Origin: a virus
Lineage: Duplodnaviria > Caudoviricetes
IMG/VR virus record: IMGVR_UViG_3300037722_000953
Span: 1-63,923 of that record
DNA length: 63,923 bases
Direction: 5' to 3' (one strand)
Below the pieces are notes generated by a model that saw only the letters and a program-made list of their open reading frames with translations, searched no databases and was not told the origin of the DNA. Positions 7,996-17,330 of the stretch are shown in pieces (position 1 is the stretch's first letter; every line of letters begins with the position of its first letter). Both the position numbers and the translations under genes were made by a program.

Positions 7996-8630
7996 CGCGC
8001 CAACCAGACCAGTACTGTACTATCACGGTGGCAAGTTCCGGTTGGCAAAGTGGATCATTAGCCACTTCCCACAGCACCGAGTTTACGTCGAGCCGTACAG
8101 CGGCGCGGCGGACGATTATGAGGTCGTTTATGGGGTATAGCTCTAATATGTCACCGGATTGGCGGACCGGCTTTAGGGACTACACGGGACCAAACCGAGC
8201 GTCAATCCCTGCCCACGACTGGGCCAGCTACCCAAATCACGTTTTAGCGTTCACCGACCGCCTGCGCGGCGTCGTCATCGAAAACAGACCCGCCCGGGAG
8301 GCGATCGCCCAGCAGGACAGCCCGGAGACGTTGTTTTATGCCGATCCGCCGTACCCCAAATCGACCCGCTCAAAATCCAGCCACTACAGTTGCGATATGA
8401 CCGATAACGAGCACCGCGAATTGGCCGAACAGTTGCGCGCCGTGGCCGGAATGGTGGTTGTCAGCGGCTATCCGTGTGATTTGTACGACATCGAGCTATA
8501 CCCGGATTGGCAACGGGTTCAGCGGGCCGCACGGGGTGATGGCGCGGTTGAGCGGATAGAGGTGTTGTGACTGTCGCCGCACGCCTGGCAGGCGCTGGAA
8601 GCGGGGCGGTTGCAGCCGAAACTTTTCTAG
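7979..8630 (+). pseudogene. Dam-like (D12-class) adenine MTase pseudogene
   Basis: 7979-8140 encodes YHGGKFRLAKWIISHFPQHRVYVEPYSG; another frame encodes RRTIMRSFMG...LFYADPPY; middle of protein missing; in-frame TGA in EVL*LSP. Confidence 0.85.
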
Positions 8631-8646
8631 CTAAAGCGATTTTACT

Positions 8647-9372
8647 ATGAGCCTAAAAACCCGCATCCGAGTTGAGCGCGCGCCAATCGACTGGGCGCAG
8701 TGGATAGCCACAAAATACCATTATCTACATCGGCCTGTTCACCCGCGCGCGCATCCGTTTGCGTACCGGGTTTGGTTCGATGGCTCACCTATCCGGCCTG
8801 ACGGCATGCCGTGTGGCATGCTAATGTTTGCTACAATCCACTACACGCGGCAAAAAGGGCTATTCGGCTACGATGAGATCAAGTTTACCAACTGTACCCG
8901 GCAGTTGAGCGGGCTAGCCGACCCCAACTCTGCGGCTGAAATCGCCAACCAGTTGGCGATGACACTAACTGATAACTGGACTGCCCGGCATCTGCCCGGC
9001 CTGGACAAATGGCAGGTGCTGGTACTATCTCGGATGTGGCTACATGACGACCTGCCGCGCAACTCCGCGACAGTCGTGATGGCTAAAATATGGCGGCGGA
9101 TTCAGCGTGACTGGTTGGAGCACCATCCGCCGGTTGATAGTGGTAGACCATACCATATCCGGCTTATCGTCTCCTGGGCTGACCTGGATCAGGGCCACCA
9201 GGGTACGGTCTACAAGGCAGCCAACTTTACGGAGGTCAAGCGGACGGTGAGTCAGAGGCGGCACGGCAAGAGTAATACGCGCGGTTCGGGTGGATTCAAC
9301 CTTATCCAATATGCGTACTGGTTGAGAGAGCCGCGGTGGAGGTTTGAGCAACTGCGGCTTTTTGAGACTTGA
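8647..9372 (+). CDS. Mom-like adenine-modification enzyme (GNAT-fold)
   Basis: YHYLHR, LSRMWLHDDLPRNSAT, IVSWAD-GHQGTVYKAANF. Confidence 0.8.
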   Translation: MSLKTRIRVERAPIDWAQWIATKYHYLHRPVHPRAHPFAYRVWFDGSPIRPDGMPCGMLMFATIHYTRQKGLFGYDEIKFTNCTRQLSGLADPNSAAEIANQLAMTLTDNWTARHLPGLDKWQVLVLSRMWLHDDLPRNSATVVMAKIWRRIQRDWLEHHPPVDSGRPYHIRLIVSWADLDQGHQGTVYKAANFTEVKRTVSQRRHGKSNTRGSGGFNLIQYAYWLREPRWRFEQLRLFET

Positions 9373-9397
9373 CAGCCGGGGCGATTGGTGGTAAGAT
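9369..9397 (+). promoter_or_regulatory. Internal promoter overlapping the mom-like stop codon
   Basis: TTGACA-17-TAAGAT with extended -10 TG. Confidence 0.7.
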
Positions 9398-9450
9398 GAG
9401 GGGATCCGCGAGAGTGGCGTCTCGGGGATAACCGAATAATAAGGAAAGTA

Positions 9451-9568
9451 GACTGTGGGGACAGTTGCAAAGCCTTGAGTTTTTGTACAGGGCGGGTATG
9501 GCGTACCCTAGCCAATAGGGACCCCACAGCCGCCAACCGCCCGGTACAAGAATTTAAGGCTTTTTTAT
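9451..9568 (+). ncRNA. C4/CI-like structured leader RNA with upstream complementary target and U-tract
   Basis: 20-bp stem 9469-9488/9544-9563; internal CCCCACAG (9522-9529) complementary to CTGTGGGG (9453-9460). Confidence 0.55.
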
Positions 9569-9590
9569 TCCCCCAGAAAGGTGACAACGT

Positions 9591-10874
9591 GTGGATTCTC
9601 ACCCAATAGCCAACATATTTCCACTTATCGAAGGTGAGGAGTTTGAGCGGCTCAAAACCGACGTATCGGCAAACGGCCTGATCGAATCGATCTGGCTTCA
9701 CCCAGATGGCAGTATCCTCGATGGCCGGAATCGTTGGCGCGCCTGTGAAGCGACGAATACGAACGCACACTTCCAGACCTACGACGGTAACCTCTCCAGC
9801 GCCGCCCTGATTGCCTTCATTGTTTCGCTCAACAAAGAGCGCCGGCACTTGACCAGCAGCCAACTCGCGGCGTGCGTGGTCAAGACCGGGGACCTGTTGG
9901 AACAGTTGGAGAGTGAGGCAAGGGGGAGGCAGGCGGTTGGACATTTCAATGCGCCCCAATATGCTGATAATCCAGTTGTGGAAATGTTTCCACAACTGGA
10001 ACAAGGCAAGTCCCGCGACCAGGCCGCCGCGCTGTTTGGGACAAACGGGCGGTACGTTCAGGACCTGAAGAGTATCGGTGAACGAGATCAGGGATTGCTC
10101 GATGATGTCTTTCAGGGCACTTTCTCAGTACCGGATGCCAAAATTCTGGCGAAATTGCCCGTTGGGAAAAGGGAGCGCGTTAAAAAAAAGGTTGTCGGAG
10201 ACGGCAAGAAATTAAAGGCGGCCATTCATGATGTTGAGCAAGAGACCAGGCTTGAGACTATCAAGCCGGTTAATGCCGACTGGCTGATAGTTGGTGATCT
10301 TCGCCAGGTTGGCGGCCAGATACCGGGCGATTCGATTGATCTGATATTTACTGACCCCCCTTACGACAAGTCCGCCGTAAAACTCTACAGCGACCTGGCT
10401 CAACTTGGAAAACGAGTCCTGAAGCCCGGTGGTATCCTCATGGCCTACAGCGGCCAAATGCACCTACCGGAAATAATGCCGCTAATGAGCGAGCACCTTG
10501 AGTATATGTGGCTATGCGGAATAGGCCATTCCGATGGCGCTACCTGGTTCAAGAAGTGGAACCTGGATAACCAATGGAAGCCAATTCTGATGTACGGTAA
10601 GCCACCGATAGCGCCATACTGGAATAAATTCGATGATTTCGTTTCCGGGGGGCGCGAAAAGGACAACCATAAATGGCAGCAGGCGCTGGCCGAATCGGCT
10701 CACTATATCAAGGCCCTATGTCCAGGCGGCGGCGCTGTACTCGACCCGTTCCTGGGGAGCGGCACAACATTGGTTGCGGCCAAACAGTTAGGCTGTCAGT
10801 ATTTCGGGATCGAGAAAGACGACCTGACAGCCCGGCAAGCAGAGGAAAGGATAGTGAATAGTGTCACAACGTGA
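9591..10874 (+). CDS. ParB-N domain fused to N4/N6 DNA methyltransferase (beta class)
   Basis: ILDGRNRWRAC and SLNKERRHLT (ParB/Srx); FTDPPY precedes LDPFLGSGTT. Confidence 0.9.
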   Translation: MDSHPIANIFPLIEGEEFERLKTDVSANGLIESIWLHPDGSILDGRNRWRACEATNTNAHFQTYDGNLSSAALIAFIVSLNKERRHLTSSQLAACVVKTGDLLEQLESEARGRQAVGHFNAPQYADNPVVEMFPQLEQGKSRDQAAALFGTNGRYVQDLKSIGERDQGLLDDVFQGTFSVPDAKILAKLPVGKRERVKKKVVGDGKKLKAAIHDVEQETRLETIKPVNADWLIVGDLRQVGGQIPGDSIDLIFTDPPYDKSAVKLYSDLAQLGKRVLKPGGILMAYSGQMHLPEIMPLMSEHLEYMWLCGIGHSDGATWFKKWNLDNQWKPILMYGKPPIAPYWNKFDDFVSGGREKDNHKWQQALAESAHYIKALCPGGGAVLDPFLGSGTTLVAAKQLGCQYFGIEKDDLTARQAEERIVNSVTT

Positions 10875-11442
10875 ACGAACCGGTCAGAGGCCGCGTACCT
10901 ACTCGGCATGGCATAGGCGTGACAGTATCAAGCGGTTTTTGGCCGGGGATGAAATCCTGGCCTCTCGATTGACAATGATCGATATTGATGCTCTATACGT
11001 TGAAGCCAAGCATCCGTATGACAGGCCACCGGTTGCCTTGATTGAAACAGTTGAGGTATCGAGACCTCTCAAGCCGGATGGCTATCACCCTAAGAGTGTA
11101 AATATTCTTTACCAACTTGGTAGGGCCGCGAATGTTCCGGTTTTCTTGGTTCTGTATCTACCCAACCACGATATGTCTAACCCGGCTGACCGGCAAGTTT
11201 TCGACATCACCGAATTTTACGTGAAGGAATATTATCCGGTCAAGTCAAAAGGATGGAAAGTTTATTCACCAGAACAGTACGCACAGTTTCTGGTTAACCT
11301 GCGCCAAAACCATTTGAGGATCAAAAAGAGCGGTTCGCAGCTTCAGTTGCCGCTCGGTGAACATCTGCAGGAAATCGATGATGATGATATCGAGCGGCGC
11401 TGGTATGTCCACGAGTGGGCCAGACGGGAGTTTGTACGTTGA
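10861..11442 (+). CDS. Hypothetical protein, possible PD-(D/E)xK nuclease fold
   Basis: Coupled to the MTase; DID...ALIE and 'LYQLGRAANVPVFLVLY' resemble restriction-endonuclease-like phage proteins. Confidence 0.45.
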   Translation: MSQRERTGQRPRTYSAWHRRDSIKRFLAGDEILASRLTMIDIDALYVEAKHPYDRPPVALIETVEVSRPLKPDGYHPKSVNILYQLGRAANVPVFLVLYLPNHDMSNPADRQVFDITEFYVKEYYPVKSKGWKVYSPEQYAQFLVNLRQNHLRIKKSGSQLQLPLGEHLQEIDDDDIERRWYVHEWARREFVR

Positions 11443-11908
11443 GCGCCAAAACAAACCACATCGCCCGCCTGATGACCACCATTGGTATGACCTGCGGCTC
11501 GGATGCATGTCTGTACGCCTGGCTGCTGCCGGGTAAGCGCAAATAAAAAAGCGGACCGGCCCTTCGCCAAAGCCGATCCGCTTAACCCAAAAAGGAGAAA
11601 ACCGTATGCGTATCTATTTTACCAAACTCTACCGATTTATGCAAACTGTTCGCCGCCAACCAGTCGGCCCCGGGCCCGCTGCGGAAACGCGGGCGGTGCT
11701 GGTGCAGGTAGGTAGGAAGTTTTGGGTGATGGAGGTTCGCCGATGACCCGATCCGAATTATCACGCGCGCTCGACGAGGCGCGCGCTCACGAAGAGCATC
11801 ACCGGGCCATGTTGCTGCTGTGGAAGCGACGGCGGCAACAGTTTGAGGCAATGATACCCACGGCTAACGCGCTAATTGCATTTATCATCGACGAGCTGGA
11901 GCCTGACG

Positions 11909-12850
11909 ATGGCGACAAGTCCGAACCTCTCTAGGCACGATTTGACCCGGTTACCAAACTACCGGCAAAAAACCAAACACGAATGGAGCGCGGCCTGCCC
12001 GGCCTGCCAAACCGGTGATGACCGCTTCCTCTACTGGCCGGACAAAGGCAATTATTTTTGCCGGCAATGCGGCCTGAAGGGGTTCGTGATCGAGGCTGAC
12101 CAGTCATCGATCACGCCGGAACAGCGCGAATCCTGGAAACGCGCCGAAGCCAAACGAAGGCAGAATCAGGTCGAAACTGAGGCCCGAATGCAGGCCGGGG
12201 TAGCCAGGCTAGAGCCGATGGTGCAGCAGTACCACCGGCAACTAGCCGGGGCAAACGGCTACTGGACACACTGCGGCTTGGAGCCAGAGACGGTTAGGCG
12301 TTACCGGCTGGGGTACTGCGAATCGTGTCCCACACTGCCGGGATACGATTCCTACGTCATCCCGGTTTACCAGTCCAAAAAACTGACTACGATTCGCCAC
12401 CGATTAACCAACCCGCCGACGCCAGGCGACAAGTACCGCTATCACGCTGTCGGGATGCGAGCGCAACTATTCAATGCCGACGCGCTCTTGCCGGGTGATG
12501 ACGAGGTACATTTCGGCCTCTTGGACCGGGGTCAGGCGCTATTGGTAGAAGGCGAGGTCAAGGCAATGTTCCTCGATCAGGCCGGGATCACTGTAGCCGG
12601 TGTGCCCGGAGCGACGATTTGGAAAGACGAGTGGGGGCAGTTTTTTGAACGCCTGGATACGGTGTTCGTGGCCTTTGATCCGGGCGCAAATGGGGCAGCA
12701 TACAAAACAGCAAGCCGGTTGACCGAAGTGGTTAGGCGCGTTTGTTTGGTGACCTTACCCGCCAAGCCGGACGATCTGTTTGTTAAATACGGCTGTAGCA
12801 TGAGCGACTTTTTGACGATGTTAGAGCAAGGCCGGGTAATTCGGCCTTGA
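11909..12850 (+). CDS. DNA primase (zinc finger + TOPRIM)
   Basis: CPAC...YFCRQC; LVEGE, GVPG, AFDPG, PAKPDD; ATG 11909 after GGAG. Confidence 0.85.
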   Translation: MATSPNLSRHDLTRLPNYRQKTKHEWSAACPACQTGDDRFLYWPDKGNYFCRQCGLKGFVIEADQSSITPEQRESWKRAEAKRRQNQVETEARMQAGVARLEPMVQQYHRQLAGANGYWTHCGLEPETVRRYRLGYCESCPTLPGYDSYVIPVYQSKKLTTIRHRLTNPPTPGDKYRYHAVGMRAQLFNADALLPGDDEVHFGLLDRGQALLVEGEVKAMFLDQAGITVAGVPGATIWKDEWGQFFERLDTVFVAFDPGANGAAYKTASRLTEVVRRVCLVTLPAKPDDLFVKYGCSMSDFLTMLEQGRVIRP

Positions 12851-12876
12851 CAAATGATAGGGGGTTGTGGTATAGT
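12847..12876 (+). promoter_or_regulatory. Internal promoter overlapping the primase stop codon
   Basis: TTGACA-18-TATAGT with extended -10 TG. Confidence 0.7.
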
Positions 12877-12883
12877 GGATAAA

Positions 12884-13012
12884 GCTGAGATGAGTATTGG
12901 GGCATTTTTATTGCCAAGCAGCCAAATATCGTGGGTTTTTCGCCCCTTGTCAGTGGACAAATGTCCCGTCACTCGTCTCAGCAACGATGGCAAAACTGAC
13001 AAGGGGCTTTTT
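12884..13012 (+). ncRNA. C4/CI-like antisense leader RNA
   Basis: Perfect 13-bp stem 12942-12954/12995-13007 plus U-tract; loop 12971-12982 complementary (12 bp, one G.U) to 12884-12895. Confidence 0.65.
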
Positions 13013-13030
13013 ATTTACCTGGAGTAGAAA

Positions 13031-14959
13031 ATGACGGAACAATACCAAACCTTAGCAAGTGCGCTCCGACACCTAGCCTCGGTCTGTGATGGCGCTCAAT
13101 CGCAGGACGGTCAGGGTTTCAATGGTCGCGATACCGGGTTCGGGAGGAGTCTGGCCGAACAATCACAGACCAGAACGTTGTCGGTCAAACAGCAGCTCGC
13201 AGCCATAAAAATGCTGCAAACCTACCGGGGCCAGTTGCAGGCCGCCGGAATCGAGCTGCCGGAAATCGGCAACTATGCGGTTTACCAGAACGGCAACGAC
13301 AGACCAAAAACCGAAACACCCAAACAGATAACCGGTCGGTTGGTCATGCGCGGCGCAGAGATTGCGCTCATTTCCGACTATGACCCCAAACTGGTTGACC
13401 GTGCTCGGTCGCTAAGCAACCGGCGATTCGATCCAAAGACAAAGACCTGGCTAGCACCAACCTCGATCATCGACGAGGTTGTCGCCAAGTTCCCAGAGTT
13501 TCAGGTAGCATCCGAAATCCAGGCGCTATCTGACAGCCAAAAACAACTGGCCTCGATGAGTAGTCAGGCAAGTTCTGATTTCGAGATACCCGGCATTTTG
13601 GGGCAACCGTTACCGTACCAACGCGCCGGCGTTCAGTTTATCGACCTGGCCGGCGGGCGGGGTATCATCGCCGACGAGATGGGGCTGGGAAAAACGTTGC
13701 AATCGCTGGCGTATCTACAACTGCATCCCGACAAACGACCGGCCATCATCGTTGTCCCGGCGTCGCTCAAGATCAACTGGGAGCGAGAGATCGCTAAATG
13801 GCTATCGACCGAAGAGCGCATTGTCACCCTGGGCGGCACAAAACCGGATGCTCAGGCGTTGACCGGTGCGTCAATTGTAATCCTCAACTGGGACATCCTG
13901 ACGCATTGGGTTGATACGTTAATCGATGCGGGACCGATAGTGCTTATCTATGACGAGGCACACTACGCCAAAAACTCGAAAAGCAGACGCGCTAAGGCGG
14001 CAGCGGTTCTAGCCAAAAAAACCGAACACGCTATCCTCCTGACCGGCACGCCGCTTACCAACCGACCGGTCGAGTTATTTCCCTTACTCAACATGGTCGA
14101 TCCCGGCGCGTGGCCCAAATTTTTCCCGTTCGCCAAAAGGTATTGTGACGCGCACAACAACGGATTTGGGTGGGATTTTTCGGGCGCGTCAAACCTCGAC
14201 GAACTACATCAAAAAATCAAGCCGTTTATGATCCGGCGTACCAAGGCTCAAGTAATGGCCGAGCTGCCGGCCAAGCGTCGATCAACCGTCGCCATCGAAC
14301 TGGATCCAAAAATGAGACGGGAATACGATCGCTCGGTGGCCGAGGCAAGGGCAATGATCGAAGAGTCAATCGAATCGGGCGAGTCGTTTGGCGCGGCCCA
14401 CCTGGCAATGATCGAGAAAACAAAACAGATCGCGGTCGCCGCGAAAATGGCGCAATCCAAGCAATGGATTGCCGATTTCCTGGAATCAGGCCAGAAGCTG
14501 ATCGTATTTGCAACCCACAAATCAGTAGTTGCGGAACTGATGGCGGCCTTCGGGGAGCAGGCGGTCAGGGTGACCGGCGATGACAGCCAACAAGATCGTC
14601 AGCAGTCCGTTGACCGATTCCAGGCAGACGATTCGGTCAGACTGTTCGTCGGCAACATCAAGGCGGCCGGCGTGGGATTGACGCTCACGGCGGCTTCAGG
14701 TGTGGCGTTTTTGGAATTTGCCTGGACGCCGGGTGACCACCTGCAAGCAGAAGACAGAGCACACAGAATCGGCCAGACTGATAGTGTGACTGCCTGGTAT
14801 CTGGTTGCTCAGGACACGATTGACGAGACGATTGTCAGGCTGATTCAATCCAAGGCCGGTGTCATCGATCAAGTGGTTGACGGCAAAAACGAAAGCGATT
14901 TCAAGGTGTCGATTCTGAGAGAATTGGCAAAGGAGATTGTCGGTGGCAAAAGTGTTTAG
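13031..14959 (+). CDS. SNF2-family (HARP/SMARCAL1-like) helicase
   Basis: ADEMGLGKT, DEAH, LTGTP, QAEDRAHRIGQ. Confidence 0.92.
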   Translation: MTEQYQTLASALRHLASVCDGAQSQDGQGFNGRDTGFGRSLAEQSQTRTLSVKQQLAAIKMLQTYRGQLQAAGIELPEIGNYAVYQNGNDRPKTETPKQITGRLVMRGAEIALISDYDPKLVDRARSLSNRRFDPKTKTWLAPTSIIDEVVAKFPEFQVASEIQALSDSQKQLASMSSQASSDFEIPGILGQPLPYQRAGVQFIDLAGGRGIIADEMGLGKTLQSLAYLQLHPDKRPAIIVVPASLKINWEREIAKWLSTEERIVTLGGTKPDAQALTGASIVILNWDILTHWVDTLIDAGPIVLIYDEAHYAKNSKSRRAKAAAVLAKKTEHAILLTGTPLTNRPVELFPLLNMVDPGAWPKFFPFAKRYCDAHNNGFGWDFSGASNLDELHQKIKPFMIRRTKAQVMAELPAKRRSTVAIELDPKMRREYDRSVAEARAMIEESIESGESFGAAHLAMIEKTKQIAVAAKMAQSKQWIADFLESGQKLIVFATHKSVVAELMAAFGEQAVRVTGDDSQQDRQQSVDRFQADDSVRLFVGNIKAAGVGLTLTAASGVAFLEFAWTPGDHLQAEDRAHRIGQTDSVTAWYLVAQDTIDETIVRLIQSKAGVIDQVVDGKNESDFKVSILRELAKEIVGGKSV

Positions 14960-15752
14960 TGGATTTGACGAACCAACCGAAAACTGGAGCAAGTTGCCAC
15001 ACGCATTAGTGGAAACTATGCACCTTATGACCAGTCAAGCTGAAATCAAGGTGGTGCTGTATATACTCCGGCACACGTGGGGATTCGGTGACGACGAAAA
15101 GAAAATTACGATTGATGAGTTCTGCAATGGCCGCAAGCGCAGGGATGGCAGCCGGTTGGACGCCGGAACCGGGTTATCAACGAATGCGGTCAAGGCAGGA
15201 ATCGCCAGTGCTGTCGACCACGGTTTTATACGAGTAGTGGAGGATGATTCAGACAAGGCCAGAATCAAACGATACTACCAACTCAGAAATTCAGGGGGTC
15301 AGAAGTTGACCCCCTGGGGGTCAGAAGTTGACCCCCTACTGTCAGAAGTTGACCCCCGTACAGAGAAAGAAACTCTTAGAAAGAAACCCAAGAAAGAACA
15401 AAAAACTTCAGGTGACTTGTCACCTGGACCGAAAACTGTAATTAAAGAAGAATTCTGTCGCCTTACCGGCATAGCCATGCCGGGTATAAAAAGCCAGCAA
15501 GGGTTTTGGTGGTCACAATTTGGCGAAATCCTGCGCGTATGCGGCGACGCTGATAAGGCGACGCTTATTATGGCATCCGTCGTCAAGAAAATGCGAGACG
15601 ACGATTTAACCATCTCCGGCCCGCAATCCATTGTGAACATGTGCCGATCCAGAGTAGCCGGGCAATCGCCTGCTGCCAACAACGGCAGACACCCCCCCGG
15701 CCCAGACATCACGCTCAACGAAGCCGGTGAAACCGTGTTGAGGATCGGCTAA
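14937..15752 (+). CDS. Lambda O-like replication initiator
   Basis: 'KVVLYILRHTWGF...KITIDEF...TGLSTNAVK' N-terminal pattern; internal iterons; upstream of DnaB. Confidence 0.8.
   Translation: MSVAKVFSGFDEPTENWSKLPHALVETMHLMTSQAEIKVVLYILRHTWGFGDDEKKITIDEFCNGRKRRDGSRLDAGTGLSTNAVKAGIASAVDHGFIRVVEDDSDKARIKRYYQLRNSGGQKLTPWGSEVDPLLSEVDPRTEKETLRKKPKKEQKTSGDLSPGPKTVIKEEFCRLTGIAMPGIKSQQGFWWSQFGEILRVCGDADKATLIMASVVKKMRDDDLTISGPQSIVNMCRSRVAGQSPAANNGRHPPGPDITLNEAGETVLRIG
15298..15406. repeat. Putative replication origin: three 17-bp iterons plus an A-rich tract
   Basis: GTCAGAAGTTGACCCCC at 15298, 15320 and 15341; A-rich 15362-15406. Confidence 0.8.
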
Positions 15753-15753
15753 T

Positions 15754-16767
15754 ATGACCTTGGCTATCGACCGCAAGCGCCTTAACCAAATTGTCAAGGC
15801 CGGCGAAATGTTCCTTCATACGCCGTCCGAATCGGCAACGGCCTATGTCCAGTCTGTCGAAGAGCTGCTGGCCGCGCCGCAAATCGATTACGGCAGCCGT
15901 TTGCTCGACAAAAACATAACACCAATGCGACCCGGCGAGGTAACCGTTGTCAAGGCCCGGCCCGGCAACGGCAAGACCAGCTTCCTGATTTATATGGCAC
16001 GCCGGCATGCCCAGCGCCTGGTAGAGACCCGCCAGGACGTAAATAAATGCGTAATTTACGTCACCTGGGAAGAACCAATCGAGAGCATCGAGATGAGCAT
16101 CCAGAGCGGCATCGACTACACCGCTGAGGATGTGGCCTGGGGCCGGGTCGATCCGGACCTGGTAACCCGTAAGGCCGTAAAACGGCCCGGCCTGCCGCTG
16201 TACGTTTTTGGCCGGAGCCTGATTAGAGATCGCAGCAAGCGAAAGCCGCCAATGACGATTGATCTGGTTATCGATACGATCTACGCGCTGTTTTATGAGT
16301 TCGGCATCGAGCCGGTTTTGATCTGTGGGGATTATCTGCAAAAAGTGCCGGTACCGAAGAAGCGGGACCGTATCTCGGAGGTAACCGAGGCGATGTTTTC
16401 GCTCAGCACGCTATCGATGGATGTCAACTGCCCGATTCTGCTAGCGGTGCAGGCATCGCGCGATGTCGATGATCAAGCGCTGCCGATACCGACGCTATCC
16501 GGTGGACAGTGGACAAGCGCCATCGAGCAGGAGGCATTCCGGGAAGTAGGCATTCTGAGGCCATCGACGGTGATTACCAAGGCTGGCAAATCACTAGAGA
16601 GGATTGATATTGGCGGGGTCGAATACGAGGTTACCAAGGACCTCATGCTCATTCGTTTGCTCAAACAGCGCAAGTTTTTTCCAGAGCGAAATACATTCCC
16701 TGTGCATTTCAAGCCAGATAAATTCGAGCTATATGACATTGATCCGATAACGGGCGTGGCATACTAA
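15754..16767 (+). CDS. DnaB-like replicative helicase
   Basis: ARPGNGKT, CGDYLQ, AVQASR, IEQEA, KQR. Confidence 0.88.
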   Translation: MTLAIDRKRLNQIVKAGEMFLHTPSESATAYVQSVEELLAAPQIDYGSRLLDKNITPMRPGEVTVVKARPGNGKTSFLIYMARRHAQRLVETRQDVNKCVIYVTWEEPIESIEMSIQSGIDYTAEDVAWGRVDPDLVTRKAVKRPGLPLYVFGRSLIRDRSKRKPPMTIDLVIDTIYALFYEFGIEPVLICGDYLQKVPVPKKRDRISEVTEAMFSLSTLSMDVNCPILLAVQASRDVDDQALPIPTLSGGQWTSAIEQEAFREVGILRPSTVITKAGKSLERIDIGGVEYEVTKDLMLIRLLKQRKFFPERNTFPVHFKPDKFELYDIDPITGVAY

Positions 16768-17151
16768 GTGTTATTTCACATCCAAGGCCGCATTGTGCCG
16801 TACACCCGAATGACCCAACGGTCCAAATGGACCGACCGAGCCAAACGTTATCTATCCAGTCAGGACGCGATTGCCGGGCAGTTATGGCGACAAATGAGAG
16901 ATAACGATTGGCAGGCATTGCCGGATAACACGCCGCTGAGTATCAGGCTCTTTGTTTGGCAGCCGTCCGGGTTACACAAATGCGACCTGTCGAATGTCCT
17001 CAAAGCGGTCGAGGATGCGGCGCAGGGTATCGTTTTTAGAAACGATTGCTGGGTCGATAAAATCGAAACGGGGCGGTATCTGGGAAGTGAGTACCGCTGT
17101 GAATTTCTAATAGAGATTATGGAAAGTGAGACAAACGATGCAACGAACTAA
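16768..17151 (+). CDS. rusA: RusA-family Holliday junction resolvase
   Basis: CDLSNVLKAVEDAAQGIVFRNDCWV. Confidence 0.85.
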   Translation: MLFHIQGRIVPYTRMTQRSKWTDRAKRYLSSQDAIAGQLWRQMRDNDWQALPDNTPLSIRLFVWQPSGLHKCDLSNVLKAVEDAAQGIVFRNDCWVDKIETGRYLGSEYRCEFLIEIMESETNDATN

Positions 17152-17330
17152 GATTTTTGTTCACGGCAAACCTACAGCCCAATCGCTGGCCCGGCTCTGT
17201 GGGCAGCATGCCGTTGTCAAGACCGGTCACCATCTGCCCGGCATTGGGCTGTTGGTTCAGGTCGATGCCGACGCCACCGGGCAAACAATCGTTGAAAAAA
17301 CGCTAGGTATGAAGTGCGACTGGAGACGCA

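Noticed and set aside
8568-8570. TGA at an expected Trp suggesting genetic code 4
   Set aside because: Many genes end in TGA with ATGA/GTGA coupling and Trp is TGG elsewhere; this is a nonsense change in a pseudogene
9591-10000. ParB as a plasmid partition system
   Set aside because: ParB-N is fused to a methylase, a common phage arrangement; no ParA seen
15298-15357. Possible mini-CRISPR array
   Set aside because: Spacers are only 4-5 bp and lie inside the initiator CDS; these are iterons. No CRISPR array or cas gene was seen
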